From NCBI GenBank assembly GCA_964406895.1, contig CAYOTK010000003.1, positions 9,529 to 73,528 on the forward strand: a DNA stretch of 64,000 nt, written 5' to 3'. The stretch is from an uncultured Candidatus Saccharibacteria bacterium. Its GTDB lineage: Bacteria > Patescibacteriota > Minisyncoccia > Phycocordibacterales > PALSA-1337. Within the stretch, counting starts at the first letter, position 1; each line of letters starts with the position of its first letter. Under the pieces are notes generated by a model that searched no databases, was not told where the DNA came from, and worked only from the letters and a program-made list of their open reading frames with translations. Positions 1 to 9,214 of the stretch are shown in pieces. The translations under genes were made by a program, and so were the position numbers.

Positions 1-9
1 GCGGGCGCA

Positions 10-330
10 GTGTCGGCTAACGAACTTCTTCCATCGATTTTGAAGGGCTACATCAATCAAGCTTTCGGCCTGAGGGAGCTGGTAGGCATTTGTGGCGCGG
101 GCCTCCAGTTCTACCGAAGACACTTCGACCCAACCTTTTCCTACTACGGATGGGCTGGGCTTGTGCGGGCGAAATTTGATGGGAAAGCGGAAGAAGAGGA
201 CTTGGTTCCTTGTGTTGTGGTGAACACAGATGGAACGCCACTTATCCTTTGGCGTCGGGTGAACAATTTGTTTTTTGCCCCCACGGACGTCTCGCTTCTC
301 TACAGAGATCCGCCCATCATCTGCACCTGA
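10..330 (+). CDS. hypothetical protein, GC-richer orphan (probably 5'-truncated by the window edge)
   Basis: Open frame to TGA at 328-330, followed by an intrinsic terminator; no recognisable motif. Confidence 0.5.
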   Translation: MSANELLPSILKGYINQAFGLRELVGICGAGLQFYRRHFDPTFSYYGWAGLVRAKFDGKAEEEDLVPCVVVNTDGTPLILWRRVNNLFFAPTDVSLLYRDPPIICT

Positions 331-356
331 GGCATTATTCGCACTCATGCTCTTTC

Positions 357-394
357 ACCCCGCCGCTTGGCTTGTCCGAGCGGCTGGTTTTTTT
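357..394 (+). terminator. intrinsic terminator
   Basis: GCCGCTTGG/CCGAGCGGC stem followed by a T run. Confidence 0.7.
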
Positions 395-395
395 A

Positions 396-426
396 TGAGG
401 TCGGACCTTCAAAAGGTCCGACCTCA
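396..426. repeat. double-palindrome repeat, copy 1
   Basis: TGAGGTCGGACCT-TCAAA-AGGTCCGACCTCA; related copies at 45171 and 50702. Confidence 0.8.
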
Positions 427-460
427 AAACTTAATGAGTTATGCACAGAAAAATGTTTTA

Positions 461-520
461 AAGTTTATCAAAGTGGTATATAATATCAACCAAGTGGGAA
501 GAAGTAGCAAATAAGTTACT
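461..520 (+). promoter_or_regulatory. mraZ promoter with probable MraZ-binding direct repeats
   Basis: AAGT(G/T/A) units at 461, 471, 492, 502 and 513 (~10-bp period), including AAAGTGG and AAGTGGG; TATAAT at 479-484. MraZ is known to autoregulate via GTGG-type repeats. Confidence 0.55.
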
Positions 521-536
521 CCATCTCGCGGCATAT

Positions 537-980
537 ATGCTCATCGGAGAATATTCTCATACATTCGACGAAAAGAGCCGCATTTCTCTTCCGGCCAAAT
601 TCCGCAAGGAAATGGGTCCCAAAGTCGTGATAGCACCAGGGATAGACAATTGTCTCTTCGTCTTCACGATGAAAGGATGGAAGGGTTTTGCAGAGCGACT
701 TACTCGTTCGGATACTTCTTCGGTGTTGCAGGCGGACAATCGAAACTTCAACCGCTTGATAATTGGTCGAGCGGTTGAGGTGGAGGTTGATAGTATGGGA
801 CGCATGCTTGTGCCAGAACATTTGCGAGCACACGCAAGCCTCTCAGGCAAAACCATATTTGTCGGTGTCTTGAATCGTGTTGAGATCTGGGATGAGAAGT
901 CTTGGGTCGCATATCGACAAGAATATGAGAAGAAGACCGACATTATGGCAGAGAAGTTAAGTGGTGTGGGCATGATATAG
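537..980 (+). CDS. mraZ: division/cell wall cluster transcriptional regulator MraZ
   Basis: MLIGEYSHTFDEKSRISLPAKFR and DSMGRMLVP...VEIWD motifs; first gene of the dcw cluster. Confidence 0.97.
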   Translation: MLIGEYSHTFDEKSRISLPAKFRKEMGPKVVIAPGIDNCLFVFTMKGWKGFAERLTRSDTSSVLQADNRNFNRLIIGRAVEVEVDSMGRMLVPEHLRAHASLSGKTIFVGVLNRVEIWDEKSWVAYRQEYEKKTDIMAEKLSGVGMI

Positions 981-982
981 AT

Positions 983-1885
983 ATGAAAAGCGTTCATAAA
1001 TCAGTTCTTTTACAAGAAGTAGTCGACGGACTATATATCGGATTACAGGGTGGAGAGACCAAGTGGTATTTGGATGGCACATTGGGTGGTGCAGGACATG
1101 CGCTCGCAATGGCAAAAGCATTCAAAGGCAATATCGATATACTTGGTCTGGATGCGGATTCAAAAGCCATAGAGAGAGCAAAAGAAACCTTGCAAGGACA
1201 GTGCAAGAGATTGATACTCGAAGCCAGAAGCTATCGTCATTTGGATGAAGTATTGGACAAGAATGAAGTGCAGAATATCGATCTTATGTTACTAGACTTG
1301 GGTTTGTCATCAGATGAATTGGAAAATTCAGGTAAAGGATTTTCTTTTCAGAAAGATGAACCATTGCTCATGACCTTCGGAGATAAAGATTATTATTTCA
1401 ATGCATATGATGTGATCAATTCATGGAAAGAAGAAGATTTGTCCAATGTAATATTCGCTTATGGTGAAGAAAGATATGCAAGAAGAATAGCGCGATCCAT
1501 AGTGCGATACCGAGAAAAAAAGAAAGTCGAAACATCAGGAGAGTTGGCAGAACTTGTGAAGATGTCAGTACCACCACCTTATAGACACGGCAAAACCCAT
1601 CCCGCAACCAAGACTTTTCAAGCGTTGAGAATAGTTGTTAACGATGAACTTGCATGTCTAAGAGAAGGTTTACATAAAGGTTTCCAAAGATTAAATAGTG
1701 GCGGAAGGATAGCAGTAATATCATTTCATAGTTTGGAAGACAGAATAGTCAAGAATTTTTTTCAAGAAAAAAAGAAAGAGGGACTAGGAGAGATACCATC
1801 GAAACATATTGTCCCAAGTGCACAAGAAATCGTGGAGAATCCAAGATCTCGAAGTGCAAAATTAAGAATAATTCATAAAAAATAA
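983..1885 (+). CDS. rsmH: 16S rRNA m4C1402 methyltransferase
   Basis: HKSVLLQE, DGTLGGAGHA, DLGLSS, FQALRIVVN, ISFHSLEDRIVK, NPRSRSAKLR. Confidence 0.97.
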   Translation: MKSVHKSVLLQEVVDGLYIGLQGGETKWYLDGTLGGAGHALAMAKAFKGNIDILGLDADSKAIERAKETLQGQCKRLILEARSYRHLDEVLDKNEVQNIDLMLLDLGLSSDELENSGKGFSFQKDEPLLMTFGDKDYYFNAYDVINSWKEEDLSNVIFAYGEERYARRIARSIVRYREKKKVETSGELAELVKMSVPPPYRHGKTHPATKTFQALRIVVNDELACLREGLHKGFQRLNSGGRIAVISFHSLEDRIVKNFFQEKKKEGLGEIPSKHIVPSAQEIVENPRSRSAKLRIIHKK

Positions 1886-1887
1886 AA

Positions 1888-2223
1888 ATGACCAAAGCAA
1901 TAGTAAAAACATACAATATAGCGAATCATTACTCGAGAAATGTCTTTTATTCTTGTCTTGTTTTCGCAACGATTTTCCTACTATCATATTGTTTTGGTGT
2001 TTACAAAGTTATTACACACACAGTTAGTTTGCAGAAATCAGAGTCATTGTCTCAAGAACTTTCTTTGCAAGTTCAGTCCTTAGACAAGAAATACATGGAA
2101 TTATCTAGTGATATAACTCCCGAGACAATAGCAAAATACGGTTTGCATGAAGTAGAAGTCAAGAATTTCATAGCCAAGAATTCTTCCTTCGGTCGTCTAG
2201 CAAGAAGTGGCCATGAACTCTAA
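1888..2223 (+). CDS. ftsL: FtsL-like cell division protein
   Basis: One TM helix plus coiled coil, lying between rsmH and ftsI (positional call). Confidence 0.6.
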   Translation: MTKAIVKTYNIANHYSRNVFYSCLVFATIFLLSYCFGVYKVITHTVSLQKSESLSQELSLQVQSLDKKYMELSSDITPETIAKYGLHEVEVKNFIAKNSSFGRLARSGHEL

Positions 2224-3934
2224 TCAGAAGATTAGAACTCGTATAGTACTTATCTGTATAATAGTTGTGGCATTGTGTATTGCCACAGCTTTGTATTTCA
2301 CGCAAATAGTGAATGGTGATAGTTATGCCAAAAAGGCTGATAAACAATATACGAAACCAAATATTTCTATTCTCGATAGAGGCACAATATATTTCAGGAA
2401 TAAAGACGGATCGAAAGTATCAGCCGCATCAATAATGAGTGGATATTCGATATATATGAATCCAGGATTGATCCAAAATCCTGCCGAAACATATGATGCC
2501 TTGTCACAATATATAACAATTAACAAAGATGATTTCTTGAAAAAAGCTAGCAGGAAGAATGATCCATATGAAGAAATAATTCACAAAGCTAGCAGTGATA
2601 AAGCAATATCGATTGGTGAGCTGTCGCTCAAAGGTATAGGTATTTCTAGGGAAAATTGGCGAGTATATTCAGGGGATTCTTTGGCTTCACATGTACTAGG
2701 TATTATAGGTGAGAGCAAGCTTGGATTCATGGAAGGGAAGTATGGCATAGAAAAATCTTTTGATGGTGTTCTTCATAGGAAACAATCAGGTTCAGGCAAG
2801 AATACATTCGCGGAACTTATGACAGATCTTAAGGACAGTGTTTTCGGTGGAGTTAATAGTGGTACGGAGGGAGATGTTGTGACTTCAATAGAACCCGCTG
2901 TGCAAAGTTATCTCGAGAAAGTTTTGAAACAGAAAAGCAATGAATGGCGACCTGATGAAATCGGTGGCATCATTATTGATCCTTCTACAGGAGAAATCAT
3001 AGCTATGGCTGCATTGCCTGATTTCAATCCAAATGATCTAAGTGGTCTTAAGGATTTGAAAGTTCTATCCAATCCGCTCGTAGAAAGAGTCTATGAAATG
3101 GGCTCGATAGTCAAACCGTTAACGGTAGCAATCGGTCTTGATAGTGGGACTATTGATAAGAAATTTACTTACAATGATACTGGGACATTAACACTGAGCG
3201 GAAAGAAAATAAGCAACTTCGACGGCAAGGCAAGAGGAGTTACGCCTCTTCAGCAGGTCTTGAGTCAGTCCTTGAATGTGGGATCAGCCACCATTGCTCT
3301 TAAGGTTGGTAAAGACATATTTACGAAATATATGACAAATTTCGGTTTGGGCAGTCGCTCAGGTATTGATTTGCCAAATGAAGCCACCGGACTTGTCAAT
3401 AACTTCAAAACAGGTCGTGATGTTGAAATTGCTACAGCAGCATATGGTCAGGGAATAGCGATTTCACCTATTTCTATGGTGAGAGCTTTGGCTATTTTAG
3501 CGAACGGTGGCAAACTTATCACTCCTCATGTTGTCAAAGAGATTGATTATAAGAATGGTAATACACACAGCACTTACGATCCTCAATTGGCAAAGAGTGT
3601 TATTTCTCCAGACACGGCCGAAGCGGTAACATCGATGTTGGTCACAGTCGTCGATACGGCACTGAAGCAGGGTACGATCAAAAGACAACATTATTCAGTG
3701 GCGGCCAAAACTGGCACCGCACAAATTCCCGATCATGTGAATGGTGGTTATTATTCTGACAGATATTTGCACTCATTTTTCGGATATTTCCCGGCATACA
3801 ATCCCAAATTTTTGATTTTCTTGTATCAGATTTACCCCAAGGGTGCGCAATACGCTTCTGAAACTTTGACTGAACCATTCGACGGATTGACCAAATATCT
3901 GATAGACTATTACAGCATCCCTCCTGATAGGTGA
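2207..3934 (+). CDS. ftsI: class B penicillin-binding protein (FtsI/PBP3 family)
   Basis: N-terminal TM, RGTIY, SxxK (GSIVKP), SLN and KTGTAQ motifs; start may be the ATG at 2213. Confidence 0.92.
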   Translation: MAMNSNQKIRTRIVLICIIVVALCIATALYFTQIVNGDSYAKKADKQYTKPNISILDRGTIYFRNKDGSKVSAASIMSGYSIYMNPGLIQNPAETYDALSQYITINKDDFLKKASRKNDPYEEIIHKASSDKAISIGELSLKGIGISRENWRVYSGDSLASHVLGIIGESKLGFMEGKYGIEKSFDGVLHRKQSGSGKNTFAELMTDLKDSVFGGVNSGTEGDVVTSIEPAVQSYLEKVLKQKSNEWRPDEIGGIIIDPSTGEIIAMAALPDFNPNDLSGLKDLKVLSNPLVERVYEMGSIVKPLTVAIGLDSGTIDKKFTYNDTGTLTLSGKKISNFDGKARGVTPLQQVLSQSLNVGSATIALKVGKDIFTKYMTNFGLGSRSGIDLPNEATGLVNNFKTGRDVEIATAAYGQGIAISPISMVRALAILANGGKLITPHVVKEIDYKNGNTHSTYDPQLAKSVISPDTAEAVTSMLVTVVDTALKQGTIKRQHYSVAAKTGTAQIPDHVNGGYYSDRYLHSFFGYFPAYNPKFLIFLYQIYPKGAQYASETLTEPFDGLTKYLIDYYSIPPDR

Positions 3935-3940
3935 TGTATT

Positions 3941-5245
3941 ATGCTTAAGAAAATTGTTGTATATATTCTCACAATAGAATCCAGACTTATTCTGGCCAAA
4001 TATAAGCCCTTTATAATCACTATTACAGGTAGTGTGGGCAAGACTAGTACCAAAGATGCTATTTTTTCTGCTATCAAAAACAATTTTCATTATGCGAGGA
4101 AAAGCTATAAGAGCATGAATAGTGAGATCGGTTTGCCTCTTACCATCATAGGTGCCGCAAATGCTTGGAAAAATATTCTAGGTTGGTCTAAGAATATTTT
4201 TATTGGTTTTCAACTTATTATTTTTCGTAAAGAATACCCTGATTGTCTTGTCCTAGAAATTGGCGCAGATCATCCAAACGATATAAAGAAAGTTTCCAAA
4301 TGGTTGAAATCCGATATTGTTGTCATAAATAAAATTAGTAAAACTCCTGTACATGTCGAATTTTTCCCTTCAGCTCAAGATGTGTTCCAAGAAAAATCTT
4401 ATCTCATTGATACTTTGAAGAACAATGCAACTCTTATTCTGTATGGAGATGATGAACAAACACTCTCTCTTTCTCAAAAAGCCAAAGAAACCAATTCAAA
4501 GGTTTTGACATTTGGTGTAGATAAGCCGGCGACTGTTCGCGGTTTGTCTTGTGAAGTCAAGTATGTGAGTGACACAAGCGCCGTACCTTTGGGTATGCAA
4601 TTCGATGTTGATATGGTTGGGGACAAATTAACTTTCAATATTCCAGGTATTATCGGTAATACATATATTTATCCTATTCTCGCCGTTATTGCGGTTGCCA
4701 AATCTCTATCGATATCTTCATCACAAATCATAAAGTCCTTGAATGAGTACGAGCCACCTAGAGGTCGTATGAATATTATAAAAGGCAAGAATGATGTAAC
4801 GATAATTGATGACAGTTACAATTCTTCTCCTGATGCCGTCCTATCATCACTGCAATCCCTCAATAGTATTCGTTGTACAGGTGCCAAGATCGCTATTTTG
4901 GGTGATATGATGGAACTTGGTAAATTCTCTTCTCAAGAACACAAGAATATCGGCGCTGAATCAGTCAAATATTGCAACAAGCTTTTTGTGGTTGGTCTTA
5001 GATCTGAGGCAACTGCCAATGAAGCGATCAGAAATGGTATGAATCCAGATCTTGTAAGACGTTATAGAGATTCCCGTGAATTAGCGGCAGAAATTTCTGA
5101 TTTTGTTAAGGCAGGTGATATAGTGCTCGTGAAGGGTTCGCAATCTATGAGGATGGAAAGGATAGTCGCGGCTCTCATGGCTGAACCAGAACTTGCTTCG
5201 CAGTATTTGGTTAGGCAAGAGAAGGAATGGCTTGAGAAAAAGTAA
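3941..5245 (+). CDS. murF: UDP-MurNAc-tripeptide:D-Ala-D-Ala ligase
   Basis: ITGSVGKTSTK, NSEIGLPLT, DDSYNSSP, LGDMMELG, VLVKGS. Confidence 0.9.
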   Translation: MLKKIVVYILTIESRLILAKYKPFIITITGSVGKTSTKDAIFSAIKNNFHYARKSYKSMNSEIGLPLTIIGAANAWKNILGWSKNIFIGFQLIIFRKEYPDCLVLEIGADHPNDIKKVSKWLKSDIVVINKISKTPVHVEFFPSAQDVFQEKSYLIDTLKNNATLILYGDDEQTLSLSQKAKETNSKVLTFGVDKPATVRGLSCEVKYVSDTSAVPLGMQFDVDMVGDKLTFNIPGIIGNTYIYPILAVIAVAKSLSISSSQIIKSLNEYEPPRGRMNIIKGKNDVTIIDDSYNSSPDAVLSSLQSLNSIRCTGAKIAILGDMMELGKFSSQEHKNIGAESVKYCNKLFVVGLRSEATANEAIRNGMNPDLVRRYRDSRELAAEISDFVKAGDIVLVKGSQSMRMERIVAALMAEPELASQYLVRQEKEWLEKK

Positions 5246-5293
5246 TTTTTAATGTATTATTTTTTTTGCGCATTGCTTCACGCGATGTGTCAC

Positions 5294-5365
5294 GGCCCTA
5301 TCGTCTAATGGTTAGGACACGGCCTTCTCAAGGCTGTAATCCGGGTTCGAGTCCCGGTAGGGTCA
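5294..5365 (+). tRNA. tRNA-Glu (anticodon CTC), no encoded CCA
   Basis: Acceptor stem GGCCCTA/TAGGGTC, D arm, anticodon arm CGGCC-TTCTCAA-GGCTG, T loop GGTTCGAGTCC. Confidence 0.95.
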
Positions 5366-5478
5366 CAAAATTTCCTTAATAATATAGACTGACCTTGTTT
5401 CGTTGCCCAATTTAATGATATGTGTTATTGTTTGTTTTGTATTGAAACCGGCTTTTGTGAGCCGAGAAAGGACGACTG

Positions 5479-5643
5479 ATGAAAGTAATAAAAGCATTGC
5501 TGGGGGCACTGGCGATTACGGCAATATCCTGCACCTTACTCGCTCTCACGGGGGGTGTGCCTGACATGGAAAAGCTTCCGTGGAACGGCGGGCAGATGTT
5601 TGTCACAGCGCTTGTTGTGCTCTTGATCTACAACAAAAAATAG
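5479..5643 (+). CDS. 54-aa small membrane protein (absent from the ORF track)
   Basis: MKVIKALLGALAITAISCTLLALTGGVPDMEKLPWNGGQMFVTALVVLLIYNKK; SD AAAGGA upstream; TTGCCC-17-TATTGT promoter; terminator downstream. Confidence 0.65.
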   Translation: MKVIKALLGALAITAISCTLLALTGGVPDMEKLPWNGGQMFVTALVVLLIYNKK

Positions 5644-5659
5644 TCCTGACAGGAGCATA

Positions 5660-5694
5660 CAGAGGTTCTGGCTTCGGTCAGGACTTTCTGTTTT
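5660..5694 (+). terminator. intrinsic terminator
   Basis: Stem with C(TTCG)G tetraloop followed by TTTT. Confidence 0.7.
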
Positions 5695-5720
5695 ATGACA
5701 AAAGATGCTAAGCTTATACT

Positions 5721-5987
5721 ATGAACGAGCAAGAAATTGCCAGAGAAATAGAACTCTTGAAAACTCGAAATCAACGAGTAGAAGCTGATAAGGCTTGGGA
5801 AGTAAGCTGGTCTCGCAGACTACTTATCGCACTTATAACTTTTATTGTTGCCAGTATTTGGTTAAGAGTTATTGAGGAAAACAATGTGTTCTTTAAAGCG
5901 GTAGTCCCAACCGCGGGCTATCTATTGTCTACAATTTCTATTCCGTTCATCAAGAAATTTTGGATAAATAAAATATGCAATTCTTAG
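5721..5987 (+). CDS. small two-TM hypothetical membrane protein
   Basis: RNQRVEADKAWEVSWSRR followed by two hydrophobic helices; TAAGCT-N6-ATG start. Confidence 0.75.
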   Translation: MNEQEIAREIELLKTRNQRVEADKAWEVSWSRRLLIALITFIVASIWLRVIEENNVFFKAVVPTAGYLLSTISIPFIKKFWINKICNS

Positions 5988-6074
5988 AAAGATATCAAAA
6001 ACTAAAGCCAGCAATTGTCGCCATCTTAGGTAGAATTTTTACTGAATAAATATCAAGACAGGATTCTAAATAAT

Positions 6075-7274
6075 ATGAACAAAATAATTAATGCGATAAA
6101 TTTGTATAAGATTGTGTTAATTATTGTTTTTATTGTCGTGTTGGTGTTCACAGTGAAGTATATTCGTTTTGATGATGCAGGAAATTCTGTACATGATTCT
6201 GATTTTAATAAACCAATCATATCTACAATTGTTACTGATTCATCGATAAAGTTACTTCTGAATGCAACAACGTCACCAATTGATACAACTAATTGGATAA
6301 GTGACACTGATGATAATTTTGATATATCATTCAAATACCCGTCGTCTTGGTTCTTATCAACAAATACAGATGAAAATGGTGCATATATCCTGACCGTTAC
6401 TAACTCTGACTTGAACAATGTATTCAAAATATTTTATACAAATTATGAAAATTGTGGTGGAAATGGTTACGATCAACCAGAACTAAGAGGCTACAAAGTT
6501 TCAGATAGTAATTGGGGTATAAGAGAAACATATATTTTACGTAGTGTGTGTTTTACAGACAAGCAGGTGGTAATTTATATGTCAGCAGGTTCAATTCAAG
6601 CAAAAAGTATCGAAGAACAAATATTAAATACCATATCCTTTGCAAAAAATGATCCCAAGGCATGGAAACATTTTTCTAACAGTAATCTTGGATTAGAATT
6701 TGATTATCCAACATATCTTGGTCATGTTATCGTTGAGAAAGGATCTCGAGGTTGTCCAGAGATGAAAACTTATTCTAGAAATGGTCAATTACCCACTGAG
6801 GATTACAATATCTGGTTTACAAATATGCAACGTATTGGTGTCGGTGGTTCTTATATGGATTACCATATTTCTGTGATTAGGACTGAGAACAATGTCAATA
6901 TATGTGGTAAAGATTTACTTGATTTCCGAAAAGATATTATACGTGATCCAAAATACCAGTCATCAGAATTTCCTCACCAGTTTGCTTCAAATGCGTACGT
7001 CTCAACAGTCGATACAACTATCGGTACATCTGTCAATCAGTTCTATACTCTGTATTTTATAAAAAGAAATATGATCAATGTTATTCAGCCAAATATCACT
7101 TTTATCCCTGTTGCTGGTTCAGATGAAGCGAAAGAAATTTCAAAAAATGAAACACCTGATGATCCATTCTCATCGATAGTTAATTTTGTTTTACATCATG
7201 ATAATGCTAAAAAGATTCGCGATTATTTACATGATTTTAGAAAAATTGTTGATACAATAAAAGTTAATGATTAA
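6075..7274 (+). CDS. membrane-anchored/secreted protein with two PsbP-like WxxxxxxxxxxxFxYP repeats
   Basis: N-terminal TM; WISDTDDNFDISFKYPSSW and WKHFSNSNLGLEFDYPTY. Confidence 0.7.
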   Translation: MNKIINAINLYKIVLIIVFIVVLVFTVKYIRFDDAGNSVHDSDFNKPIISTIVTDSSIKLLLNATTSPIDTTNWISDTDDNFDISFKYPSSWFLSTNTDENGAYILTVTNSDLNNVFKIFYTNYENCGGNGYDQPELRGYKVSDSNWGIRETYILRSVCFTDKQVVIYMSAGSIQAKSIEEQILNTISFAKNDPKAWKHFSNSNLGLEFDYPTYLGHVIVEKGSRGCPEMKTYSRNGQLPTEDYNIWFTNMQRIGVGGSYMDYHISVIRTENNVNICGKDLLDFRKDIIRDPKYQSSEFPHQFASNAYVSTVDTTIGTSVNQFYTLYFIKRNMINVIQPNITFIPVAGSDEAKEISKNETPDDPFSSIVNFVLHHDNAKKIRDYLHDFRKIVDTIKVND

Positions 7275-7355
7275 ATTTTTCAATATACTGTTTATTATTG
7301 TTTCATCTAGTATTAATGCCTTTGGTTTGTCCCAGAAATACAAAAAATATTGTAT

Positions 7356-7384
7356 TTGACATTTGTCGTGAATAGACTTAGTCT
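7356..7384 (+). promoter_or_regulatory. sigma70-type promoter
   Basis: TTGACA(7356-7361)-17 bp-TAGTCT(7379-7384). Confidence 0.65.
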
Positions 7385-7414
7385 TTGAATTTGAACATTC
7401 AAAACCTCAAGTTT

Positions 7415-7675
7415 ATGACAAATGAAGAATCAAGTATCGATCTGCTTGCGACAGCATCTCCCCCTCAATTGACTGTTGAAATCGAAGGACGAGAACCCAT
7501 CATTGTTGTGCCTGAATTTGATTCTCTGGCTGAGGGTCTCTGTGCAGCTATCGCGGTGCGTTGCCCAGAACTCGGGTGTGTAACAGTAGAAGATGTGGTG
7601 AAGTGTGTGCAGGTGCTCGCAATCAACACTTCGACGCCCTATATCAAGATCCGATTCGTTCCTTTGCCAGGGTGA
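7415..7675 (+). CDS. hypothetical protein, GC-richer orphan
   Basis: ATG at 7415 downstream of the promoter; terminator at 7715-7746. Confidence 0.6.
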   Translation: MTNEESSIDLLATASPPQLTVEIEGREPIIVVPEFDSLAEGLCAAIAVRCPELGCVTVEDVVKCVQVLAINTSTPYIKIRFVPLPG

Positions 7676-7714
7676 CTAGGGCTGATGGTTTACGATCCGG
7701 TTGTTGATGGTCTC

Positions 7715-7746
7715 AAGAGGGAACGTGATGAACGTTTCCTCTTTTT
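7715..7746 (+). terminator. intrinsic terminator
   Basis: AAGAGGGAACG/CGTTTCCTCTT stem plus T run. Confidence 0.7.
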
Positions 7747-7801
7747 GTATTATCAAAAGACAATTATTATGTAAGTATTTTTGAATTTAATATATTTATA
7801 C

Positions 7802-7835
7802 AAAAAAAGAGGCTGGAACAAGTCCAGCCCCTTTT
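7802..7835 (-). terminator. intrinsic terminator of the 7857-8555 gene
   Basis: GGCTGGA/TCCAGCC stem with an A tract on the + strand. Confidence 0.7.
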
Positions 7836-7856
7836 GAGTTCGTGGGGCGACGCCAA

Positions 7857-8555
7857 TCAGTGTCGCCGCCTCCATTCTTGGTGGTATCCACGACCTTTCC
7901 GACCGCGGCCATCAGTCCAACCGTTTTCGCCGGGTTTGGGCTTTTTTCCGCGATTGCACCCGCCGGCTGCCATAACCAGCTCTTCGGGACTTTTGTCTCC
8001 GGAGGTTTCTTCGCCGGATTCTCCAGTAAGACTCTCGGTGTCCGGTCCGAAAATTCCCGGACTCCACTCACGCACCGTTGTCTCGATGGTGGCCGGCAGC
8101 TTCGCTTGAGGCAAAACGGTTAAGACCGGTGCGGTTTCAGTGATGATCACCGATTGATGGCCGTTTCGCGCCGGTTTGTTTGGTTTCATGGGAATGACCT
8201 TGCCATTGAGAGCCTTTTCCAGCTCCGCCAGGCCGTTTTTGTTTTCCGCATCACGAAGGTAGAAGTGTTTGTACCCCCATACGTAAGCCCGGGGTTTTTC
8301 GCTGTCGTAGGTCGGCGGTCGATTATCCAGGATGTAAAGGATCTTATTTCCGACCCGAGGTGGTTGGTTGAAAACCTCGCGCTTAATGTAGGGGTCGCCG
8401 TTATCGTTGGCGGAGACCTTACGACTTCGATTCATTTCGAAGTAGATCTCTACGCCGCTCGCGAGATCAATTGCCAGGCCGCACCAGCGAGTCGGATTAT
8501 ACTCAGTCACTCTCGCCGTTCGGATTTTGCCCCAAATATACTGAGTTGCACTCAT
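7857..8555 (-). CDS. hypothetical protein with a divergent cold-shock/OB-fold-like N-terminus and a disordered basic tail
   Basis: VTEYNPTRWCGLA...GVEIYFE...PRVGNKILY...PRAYVW resembles CSD strands; SD GGGAG before ATG 8555. Confidence 0.6.
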   Translation of the reverse strand: MSATQYIWGKIRTARVTEYNPTRWCGLAIDLASGVEIYFEMNRSRKVSANDNGDPYIKREVFNQPPRVGNKILYILDNRPPTYDSEKPRAYVWGYKHFYLRDAENKNGLAELEKALNGKVIPMKPNKPARNGHQSVIITETAPVLTVLPQAKLPATIETTVREWSPGIFGPDTESLTGESGEETSGDKSPEELVMAAGGCNRGKKPKPGENGWTDGRGRKGRGYHQEWRRRH

Positions 8556-8678
8556 GTAGTTTTTCTCCCATCTCCCCAAACAAACCATTATGGTCGAGCA
8601 TAGCTCTTGGAATATCCTCATTTGATCAACCGCCAAGCTGATCAATCAAGGTTTTCCATGTTTGGAGTTCTGCACGAG

Positions 8679-8707
8679 AGACTACCATAATAGTGTAGAA
8701 ATGTCAA
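8679..8707 (-). promoter_or_regulatory. sigma70-type promoter
   Basis: TTGACA-17 bp-TAGTCT on the minus strand. Confidence 0.65.
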
Positions 8708-8761
8708 ACTATCGTGAGGCATTTTCAACAAGTAAGTGCACCATAAAATAAAACATACTTC

Positions 8762-9145
8762 TTACCTCACTAATTTTCTTATTATATCTACATAAACTTC
8801 ATGAATATTCATTTCATCAAGTTTCGATACATCACACCAAATATGTTTTGGATTATTTTTGTCAATTTTTATTTTTCCTGAATATACATATATATTTCCT
8901 GATTCATCATATTCCGGCAACGTGTATTTTGATGTTAATATAAATTTGATATTCTCTAGATTATTTATATTCGCTTCTTCTTTGAGTTCTCTTTGTAAGG
9001 CTTCACAGGGATTTTCTCCCATTTCTATTCCACCTCCAAATAATCCATATGTATTGGGAAAACGTTTGAGATGTGCACCTCTTTTTTGTAATAAAATTGC
9101 TTTTCTTTTGATTGTGAACAGAACCGATACGTCTCTTTTTTTCAT
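8762..9145 (-). CDS. NUDIX hydrolase
   Basis: Nudix box GGGIEMGENPCEALQRELKEEANI. Confidence 0.9.
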   Translation of the reverse strand: MKKRDVSVLFTIKRKAILLQKRGAHLKRFPNTYGLFGGGIEMGENPCEALQRELKEEANINNLENIKFILTSKYTLPEYDESGNIYVYSGKIKIDKNNPKHIWCDVSKLDEMNIHEVYVDIIRKLVR

Positions 9146-9214
9146 GCGACAATAATACTACAACTAAAACTTTTGCACAGTGAATTTCTATGAAAAAATC
9201 GCTATAATATTGTC

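Noticed and set aside
557-997. 146-aa antisense ORF over mraZ, and similar shadow ORFs over dnaK (49339-49863), grpE, rpoA, valS and the GH43 gene
   Set aside because: Each lies fully antisense to, or out of frame within, a confidently identified gene and has no motifs; these are shadows.
5294-9145. Possible tRNA-Glu-anchored integrative element
   Set aside because: Accessory genes follow the tRNA, but I found no integrase and no duplicated tRNA 3' end.
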